In this document: positions 55,585 through 64,000 of the stretch, piece by piece
How the letters are laid out: each line of letters starts with the position of its first letter
How positions within the stretch are numbered: position 1 is the first letter of the stretch
DNA from: Macrostomum hystrix
Lineage: Eukaryota; Animalia; Platyhelminthes
Direction of reading: 5' to 3'
DNA: 64,000 nucleotides
NCBI GenBank assembly: GCA_950097015.1
Contig: CATNEN010000032.1
Location: 1,364,001-1,428,000 of the forward strand
Made by a program: the position numbers and the translations under genes
The notes under the pieces: generated by a model
What the model saw: the letters and a program-made list of their open reading frames with translations, nothing else
Databases searched by the model: none
What the model was told of the DNA's origin: nothing

Positions 55585-58500
55585 ATGGACAATTCTATAG
55601 GAGAAGATTTTTATCTTCGCGGTAAAAAGAATGGCATCGTGTAAGATTTTGATGCGATAAGTTTTATGCCTAGTATTTTATGCAGTTTCGCCAGATGCAA
55701 GACATGGCAAGCGAACGAGTTACACATTAAATTAATGTAGGGTCCACACCGGCCAGTTGCTGAGCAGTTCCGATCTGACTCTGAAGTCGCCAGTGCCACG
55801 CGTTCTCACACGGCACAAATCGCCACTGTGCCGCGGCCGTCGCCGGTCAACCGAGAACCTCAGCGGCCGCTGGCTGGCGCCGCCTCCGGCACCTCGACTC
55901 GGATCAGACGTGGCGGGTCGCGCCCCAACTGCAGCCGAGGTGGCGGCCAAGGCGGCCGAAATGGCCTCTGCGTCGTCTCGCCGTCCGCTGACTCGAAACC
56001 GACCAAGGCACCGCGGCGACGACCTCCTGCCAGAACGCGCCGATCGCTGGTTCGTCCGCGGGGGTCGACACCACCTCTGCAATGAGGAGCCGTTCGGCTG
56101 GCCGGCCGATGACGCAAACTGTATGGCGTGGCAGGCCACAGCGGACAATGTCCGGCATCAGTGCGGTGAGCATGAAGAGTGAGACACAATAATTTCGAAT
56201 CGCATTTCATATTTGTGTTGTGCACGTGCGCTTGCACTGCTCAAGTGCACTCTCCCCCCGCGCAACAAGTGCACTCGCAGTTGTTTTTGGCATTGTTGTT
56301 TTGGCGTTAAAGGCTCAGCGGTGTAAGCCGCTTAGCCGCCATTGTGTTGGCTGCGCGCTGGTTGGCTGGGCCGCCCTTTTTGGTCCTCGCCCCAGGCTGC
56401 CCCTCCCCCAGCTGCGCCGTGATTGGCCGGTGGGTAGCTGGGCCGGGGTGGTGGGTGGGGGTGGGGCGGGGGAGGGGGCCCCGGCCCTTGGTGAGCCGTG
56501 TCCTATAAAGGCGCGGCCGGGGGCGGGTGGCTGCCCCGTGCGCGTGTTCACGCTCTACAACGCTCGACTACTGTTTCCATAACCCGTCCCCCACGCACAA
56601 ATAATAACTAATAAATATCGACCACCCGGTCTGCCAGCCGCAATCAGAAGTCCGCTGCACGAAGTTGACTACACGCACGAGTGCGAGTGAACCAGAAGTA
56701 AGTCGCTGCCTTGTCTCCTTCATTTCGGGGGCTGTAGTGGGGACCGTCCGTGTGTCCTGACGCCGACTAAGGAGGGGGACTAGACCAGGTAGCCAGCCAG
56801 GGGTCACCCTGTACTGTACGCCCGCTGTACTCAGACGCCAGCTCGTGCGCCCTGACGCCCCGCTGAAGGGTGATCGACATCACAGCGTCCCGACGCGTGT
56901 GCCGGCCACTTGGGTGCGTCCTGACGCCCCAGACTTAGGGTCCCGTGCGGACACTCGCGCCCTGACGCAGGCCAGCATGGGCCCGCGTACTCTGACCCTC
57001 CTAGGGGCACCCCTCCGGGAAGTCGCGAGTACAACATTTGGCGTCTTACGAGTATGCATTGCTGCAACTTTGCTTACTGGGACTGCTGCCGTCTACGTAT
57101 ATTTTTTGCGTTTTATCGGCAATTGTTTTAACTAATCTTTGATTCATTAAGGAGTCTTATTAGATGCCTGCCGGCTGCAGCTCATGATTTAACAATAGAA
57201 AGACAACGCTATTTTTTCTACAGGGAAGGACTGGTGTGGTTTATTTCAAAGAACCACTGCCTACTCGTACTTTACGATTGCTCGCAAACCGAATGACCGG
57301 TTTTCGTGAAAGTCCACCATCAGAACTTTCCGCTCTTTACGATGAACTAAATTTCTAAGCCGTCCGACGTTTGTCGGAGATCCTGGTGACAATGACAACA
57401 GGCTTTGCTCTTTACATTTCTTTATTTCGAATCTATATTGGTTCAATAAGTTAATTATCGACAGTAGCATCAACACAATATAATAAGCGATAAGCCAACA
57501 TTTTTACCTGCTTAAATTTTAACCAATGCCCAAAACTCTCTTGCCTCCCCATGCCGCAGCCACTCTGTACAGCATGTCGCCATCACCGCTGACCACTGAG
57601 GCTGCCAGGCTGCGCTTCGACGAGGCCCTGCTGATGGACGCCCGAAGACACCTGGAACTGGAAAGGACCGCGCCGCCCAGAGACAAGTGGTGAGGAGAGG
57701 GTGGCTTGATTTCTAGACGTCAGAGTGAAGACCAATCAGCTGATATCCATCCAGCTAAGATAATGAATGAAGAGTGACTTAGCAAAGGTACTTTAGCAGT
57801 CCGTGTGATTTCACAAGCGAATTCTGTGATTTCACAAGCGATGGCCTCTGATGTGAAATGGCCTCGGAACGCTGATGTGAAATTCTGTGATTTCACAAGC
57901 GAATTCTGTGATTTCACAAGCGAATTCTGTGATTTCACATTCGACTTCTGTGATTTCACAATCGAGTGATGTCATTTCACAATCGAGTGATGTCATTTCA
58001 CAAGCGAATTCTGTGATTTCACAAGCGAATTCTGTGATTTCACAAGCGAATTCTGTGATTTCACAAGCGAATTCTGTGATTTCACAAGCGAATTCTGTGA
58101 TTTCACAAGCGAATTCTGTGATTTCACAAGCGAATTCTGTGATTTCACAAGCGAATTCTGTGATTTCACAAGCGACTTCTGTGATTTCACAAGCGAATTC
58201 TGTGATTTCACAAGCGAATTCTGTGATTTCACAATCGAGTGATGTCATTTCACAATCGAGTGATGTCATTTCACAATCGAGTGATGTCATTTCACAATCG
58301 AGTGATGTCATTTCACAATCGAGTGATGTCATTTCACAATCGAGTGATGTCATTTCACAATCGAGTGATGTCATTTCACAATCGAGTGATGTCATTTCAC
58401 AATCGAGTGATGTCATTTCACAATCGAGTGATGTCATTTCACAATCGAGTGATGTCATTTCACAATCGAGTGATGTCATTTCACAATCGAGTGATGTCAT

Positions 58501-59290
58501 TTCACAATCGAGTGATGTCATTTCACAATCGAGTGATGTCATTTCACAATCGAGTGATGTCATTTCACAATCGAATGATGTCATTTCACAATCGAGTGAT
58601 GTCATTTCACAATCGAGTGATGTCATTTCACAATCGATTGATGTCATTTCACAATCGAGTGATGTCATTTCACAATCGAGTGATGTCATTTCACAATCGA
58701 GTGATGTCATTTCACAATCGAGTGATGTCATTTCACAATCGAGTGATGTCATTTCACAATCGAGTGATGTCATTTCACAATCGAGTGATGTCATTTCACA
58801 ATCGAGTGATGTCATTTCACAATCGAGTGATGTCATTTCACAATCGAATGATGTCATTTCACAATCGAGTGATGTCATTTCACAATCGAGTGATGTCATT
58901 TCACAATCGATTGATGTCATTTCACAATCGAATGATGTCATTTCACAATCGAGTGATGTCATTTCACAATCGAGTGATGTCATTTCACAATCTACTTTTG
59001 CGATTTACATTCCATTGTTATGATTTCACTGACGATTCATTTCTCAAATGTGAGTAGCTTGGGTTACAATTATCAGCCAGCAATTTCAGCAGACTACAAA
59101 CGTCCGCAGGTACACACTGAAGACGCCTCAGTTCAGCCTGGAGGCCAGGCGGCACAATCGCCTGCTGGCTGCCGGCCTAGCGGACGCCGAATTTGGCGCT
59201 GATTTTCGCCGCTACAGGCGCGACATGCGCGACCAATCGGAGGATTTCAGGCGCGCTCTAATTGGTCGACATCCAGTTGAGCTCTGCTGA
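55585..59290 (+). CDS. Uncharacterised Arg-rich protein, about 274 aa, exons 55585-55640, 55741-56165, 57560-57689, 59077-59290
   Basis: Donors gtaaga, gtgagc, gtgagg and acceptors atgtag, ccgcag, tatcag give phases 2/1/2 that join into one 825-nt stop-free frame ending ...FRRALIGRHPVELC*. GC-rich exons in AT-rich flanks; AATAAA near 59404. No family recognised. Confidence 0.62.
56463..56703 (+). promoter_or_regulatory. Candidate TATA/GC-box promoter plus non-coding first exon, inside intron 2 of the plus-strand gene
   Basis: GGGGCGGGG at 56463-56471, TATAAA at 56504-56509, and a consensus donor GTAAGT at 56698-56703. Confidence 0.45.
57805..58992. repeat. Two-domain 21-bp minisatellite (GTGATTTCACAAGCGAATTCT then GTGATGTCATTTCACAATCGA)
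   Basis: 7-aa periodic ORFs; fills the last intron of the plus-strand gene. Confidence 0.96.
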
Positions 59291-59694
59291 TGTGATTGGC
59301 TGTCGCTAAAGTTGCGAGTTGCTGATTCTGCTATATAGACCTGATTGCTTCCAGTTCAGATAATTATTGTTTTTCTTGTTATTTAATGAAAAAATGGCAC
59401 GAGAATAAACCAGTTTGGGTTTCTTTTGATTTCCACAAAATTGAATATGGTTGGGCCGTTGAAAGGAAAGCGAATTACTTGTTTATAATAACTGTAAATT
59501 TTGCACTGCTACAAGCTACAGTATGTGCAGACCTAGCTACTAACAAGTAGCGAAGAGAAGAATTCTTCTATTTCACAATATTAACATTCAGTCTTCCTAA
59601 CCGAGAGAGTAAGATAATTCTATAAAAGCCTCCGAAGCTATTTTTAGCCTTCAAATTCAGCTTCTTTAAAATATTAATCTACCTGTGTTAGTTA

Positions 59695-59905
59695 CGTGCA
59701 GTTGGAATCGTACCAGGAAAAGCAGTTCAAATCGCTTCAGGAATCGAAGTTAGAATCGTACCAGGAACCGCTCCTAGAATTGTGTCAAGAACTGCAGATG
59801 GAATTGTATCAGAAACTGCAGTTGGAATCGTACCAGAAACTGCAGTTGGAATCGTACCAGAAACTGCAGTTGGAATCGTACCAGAAACTGCAGTTGGAAT
59901 CGTAT
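59695..59905. repeat. 24-bp repeat GAATCGTACCAGAAACTGCAGTTG
   Basis: 8-aa periodicity; more degenerate on the left. Confidence 0.88.
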
Positions 59906-60127
59906 GAAATCGACACAAGAAGAATATTGTAGCTCGCATTACTTATCTGAATGCCCAAAAGTTTGACTAGTTTTAACTAAACTGCCCAATCATGCTGTGA
60001 ACCTTTAGACAACATCTGTAACATTGGTAAATTTTTTTTTGAACCCTTATTAAAAGGATCAGTAAAAATGTGCACAGAAACCGAATTACAAAAGTTCATT
60101 AGGGTGGAAAAAATAATGAAGGCTGGT

Positions 60128-60655
60128 GAGACTGAATCGTGGCTTAGGGAGTGACTGAATCGTGGCTCAGGGAGTGACTGAATCGTGGCTCAGGGAGTGA
60201 CTGAATCGTGGCTCAGGGAGTGACTGAATCGTGTCTCAGGGAGTGACTGAATCGTGGCTTAGGGAGTGACTGAATCGTGGCTCAGGGAGTGACTGAATCG
60301 TGTCTCAGGGAGTGACTGAATCGTGGCTCAGGGAGTGACTGAATCGTGGCTTAGGGAGTGACTGAATCGTGGCTCAGGGAGTGACTGAATCGTGGCTCAG
60401 GGAGTGACTGAATCGTGGCTCAGGGAGTGACTGAATCGCTTCTCAGGGAGTGACTGAATCGTGGCTCAGGGAGTGACTGAATCGCTTCTCAGGGAGTGAC
60501 TGAATCGTGGCTCAGGGAGTGACTGAATTGTGGCTCAGGGAGTGACTGAATCGCTTCTCAGGGAGTGACTGAATCGTGGCTCAGGGAGTGACTGAATCGC
60601 TTCTCAGGGAGTGACTGAATCGTGGCTCAGGGAGTGACTGAATTGTGGCTCAGGG
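60128..60655. repeat. 23-bp minisatellite GGGAGTGACTGAATCGTGGCTCA, about 23 copies
   Basis: Direct reading. Confidence 0.96.
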
Positions 60656-61554
60656 ATGAATCTAATTGTGCAGAGCATAGTAGGCCAGAATTAGCCTACA
60701 AGTATTCTATTCCACACACAGAGCTGTGCAAACAAGAGCTCGACAAACCTGAACCCAAATCCCGTGCAGCTCTGGCGGATACCCAATACTCGTAGCAAGG
60801 AATATATTAAGATTAATTCCATAGCTGCGAGTATCAATGTGTGCGTTTCTGAATCACTCCAAATTGCCGCTCCAAGCATGCTGAGTCCAGCGGTCTGCCA
60901 GCACACTAATTTCTATATTTAGCAATCTGCAACAGTTGCTGCGGAAGAAGATTGCTTTGAGTGAGGCCTATATTTGCATTAAAATGCTGCCAATACATTC
61001 GGAACGCTGACGATGAAAGGAGAGATTTACTACCCACATCTAAACCATAGCCCAAATCTTCTCTGAGGCCTTATACCGTAGTACAGTGCTCTCAAATTTA
61101 CTCAATGCATTTCCCTACATCATTTTAAATAGAAACCATAATGCGTGCATACAATTGGGCCATAGACAAAAATATCTGGGTAGAAATGCCGTAGCAACCT
61201 TCGTACAATTCAAAATTATTTCAGTTTTTGTTTTTGTTTTATTAGTAAACATCGCAATTAAAACAAAAGTCTAGCATAACGTATGATAACGGTCTCATAG
61301 TACACACTGCGAGTATTTATTCTCCTGCATGACATAGCGATTTTCAACTGATAAGATAACTACCTGTCTTGATAGACACTCCGATAGCATTAACAAATTT
61401 AACTGAATTAGATTACTAATTACTCGTTCGTGCATACTAAGTACAAAATACCTACAAGCATCGTATGTCTGAAGGATTCAAGATTTGATTAGGAGATTTT
61501 ATAAAAACTGTGAAGGATTCTGAAGTTTTATAAGTGATTCTGAATAACCCTTAA

Positions 61555-62685
61555 GGGTTTTGAATGTCTCTGAAGGATTCTGAAGGATTCTGAAGGATTC
61601 TGAAGGATTCTGAAGGATTCTGAAGGATTTTGAAGGATATTGTCTATGACTCTGAAGGATTCTGAAGGATTCTGAAGGATTTTGAAGGATTCTGAAAGAT
61701 TCTCAAGGATTGTCAATGATTCTGAAGGATTTTCAAGTATTCTGAAGGATTCTGAAGGATTTTGAAGGATTCTCAAGGATTCTCAAGGATTGTCAATGAT
61801 TCTGAAAGATTCTCAAGGATTCTCAAGGACTGTCAATGATTCTGAAGGATTCTCAAGGATTGTCAATGATTCTGAAGGATTTTCAAGTATTCTGAAGGAT
61901 TCTGAAGGATTCTCAAGGATTCTCAAGGATTGTCAATGATTCTGAAGGATTCTGAAGGATTCTCAAGGATTCTCAAGGATTGTCAATGATTCTGAAGGAT
62001 TCTCAAGGATTCTCAAGGATTGTCAAGGATTGTCAATGATTCTGAAGGATTCTCAAGGATTGTCAAGGATTGTCAATGATTCTGAAGGATTCTCAAGGAT
62101 TGTCAAGGATTGTCAATGATTCTGAAGGATTCTCAAGGATTGTCAATGATTCTGAAGGATTCTGAAGGATTCTCAAAGATTCTCAAAGATTCTCAAGGAT
62201 TCTCAAGGATTCTCAAGGATTCCCAAGGATTCTCAAGGATTCTCAAAGATTCTCAAGGATTCTCAATGATTCTCAAGGATTCTTAAGGATTCTCAAAGAT
62301 TCTCAAGGATTCTCAAGGATTCCCAAGGATTCTCAAGGATTCTCAAAGATTCTCAAGGATTGTCAATGATTCTGAAGGATTCTGAAGGATTCTCAAGGAT
62401 TGTCAATGATTCTGAAGGATTCTGAAGGATTCTGAAGGATTCTCAAAGATTCTCAAGGATTCTCAAGGATTCTCAAGGATTCTCAAGGATTCTCAAGGAT
62501 TCTTAAGGATTCTCAAGGATTCTCAAGGATTCTTAAGGATTCTCAAAGATTCTCAAGGATTCTCAAGGATTCTCAAGGATTCTCAAGGATTCTCAAGGAT
62601 TCTCTAGGATTCTTAAGGATTCTCAAAGATTCTCAAGGATTCTCAAGGATTCTCAAGGATTCTCAAGGATTCTCTAGGATTCTTA
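61555..62685. repeat. 10-bp satellite AAGGATTCT(C/G) with GGATTGTCAAT variants, about 110 copies
   Basis: Direct reading. Confidence 0.96.
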
Positions 62686-63344
62686 AGTTTTTTTAAATTC
62701 ACCATCTGTAGTTCTGCTGTATTTAAACTTTAATCTTCATAAACTTGTTAGTGGCACTACAATATACGGTGTCGGTGGGAAAATGATCCTCTTTTTACGT
62801 GTTCAGTTCCGAAAAGTATTTATTACGGCTGATGTGTGGGTTGAAATGAATCGCACATAGTAGGTGTATTGTGTGTTAGCAGCTATCTAAATGCTATTCA
62901 CACAATATTCTATCGTATTCGGTTCTCTCCCTCCCAAAACAGGTCGTGCACAATTTCCGATAATAAACTGTCATAAGGCGGTTTCCCACGTCAGATAAAT
63001 AGCGTTAGCTAATACGCGTAGTAGGGATTTTATCCCTAAAAGCCAAAAACCTCCCCCCAGACAGCCGGAAATACCGAGTTTTTAGTGAACTGACGAATGG
63101 GGAAGGGAGGAAAGATTGAACTATGCTAAACAGCTGCGGTGTCGCTTCGTTCAGGTCAATTAGGGTCATAGTATTTGTCTCGGGATCCGGTTAGTTATTC
63201 TGACGATCATCTCCCCACCGTATTGCTTGCTAACTTCACTTGTCTGCTGGGCTTTGACAATTATATACTAAAGCTGGCTTGATAAACGCCTAATCAGCAT
63301 TCAATGCAAATTTTAGCATTTATGTATGTCTAATGAGATCTCAT

Positions 63345-64000
63345 ACCCATTATGAGCACTCCAGTGAGATCTCATACCCATTATGAGCACTCCAGTGAGA
63401 TCTCATTCCCTTTATGAGCACTCCAGTGAGATCTCATACCCATTATGAGCACTCCAGTGAGATCTCATACCCATTATGAGCACTCCAGTGAGATCTCATT
63501 CCCTTTATGAGCACTCCAGTGAGATCTCATACCCATTATGAGCACTCCAGTGAGATCTCATTCCCATTATGAGCACTCCAATGAGATCTCATTCCCATTA
63601 TGAGCACTCCAGTGAGATCTCATACCCATTATGAGCACTCCAGTGAGATCTCATTCCCTTTATGAGCACTCCAGTGAGATCTCATACCCATTATGAGCAC
63701 TCCAGTGAGATCTCATTCCCTTTATGAGCACTCCAATGAGATCTCATACCCATTATGAGCACTCCAGTGAGATCTCATACCCATTATGAGCACTCCAGTG
63801 AGATCTCATACCCATTATGAGCACTCCAGTGAGATCTCATACCCATTATGAGCACTCCAGTGAGATCTCATTCCCATTATGAGCACTCCAATGAGATCTC
63901 ATTCCCATTATGAGCACTCCAGTGAGATCTCATTCCCTTTATGAGCACTCCAGTGAGATCTCATACCCATTATGAGCACTCCAGTGAGATCTCATTCCCA
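63345..64000. repeat. 31-bp minisatellite GAGATCTCATACCCATTATGAGCACTCCAGT, at least 21 copies, runs off the window
   Basis: Direct reading; each unit contains the palindrome TGAGATCTCA. Confidence 0.96.

Noticed and set aside
55741-56165. C2H2 zinc-finger (KLF/Sp) exon suggested by VHTG and RHQC
   Set aside because: After in-phase splicing no CxxC...HxxxH finger forms on either side.
57832-59057. 383/378/272-aa repeat ORFs
   Set aside because: 21-bp intronic array; open frames on both strands are expected artefacts.

Overview
Eukaryotic (animal) genomic DNA with spliced genes, no prokaryotic features. GC-rich exons with poly-Ala/Gln tracts and a minisatellite in most introns resemble a free-living flatworm such as Macrostomum; this is an inference, not demonstrated. 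I rebuilt exon chains by hand from GT-AG sites and phase continuity. Six genes lie on the minus strand: an Lhx2/9 (apterous)-type LIM-homeobox gene running off the left edge, a divergent Cys-loop ligand-gated ion channel with a short ectodomain, a LAMP5/UNC-46-like LAMP-family gene, a family-B-like 7TM receptor with a frame break, a 13-exon beta-spectrin (2335 aa) and a TMBIM/lifeguard gene. Two decayed paralogs of a secreted LamG-like protein follow on the same strand. A plus-strand orphan gene (about 274 aa, not assembled in the ORF track) may have two promoters. Non-coding DNA holds about 28 tandem arrays (10-41 bp units), four tRNA-derived SINE copies (two with clear target-site duplications) and two MITE-like elements. 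The very long ORFs in the track (988, 958, 517, 486, 383 aa etc.) are translations of minisatellites.
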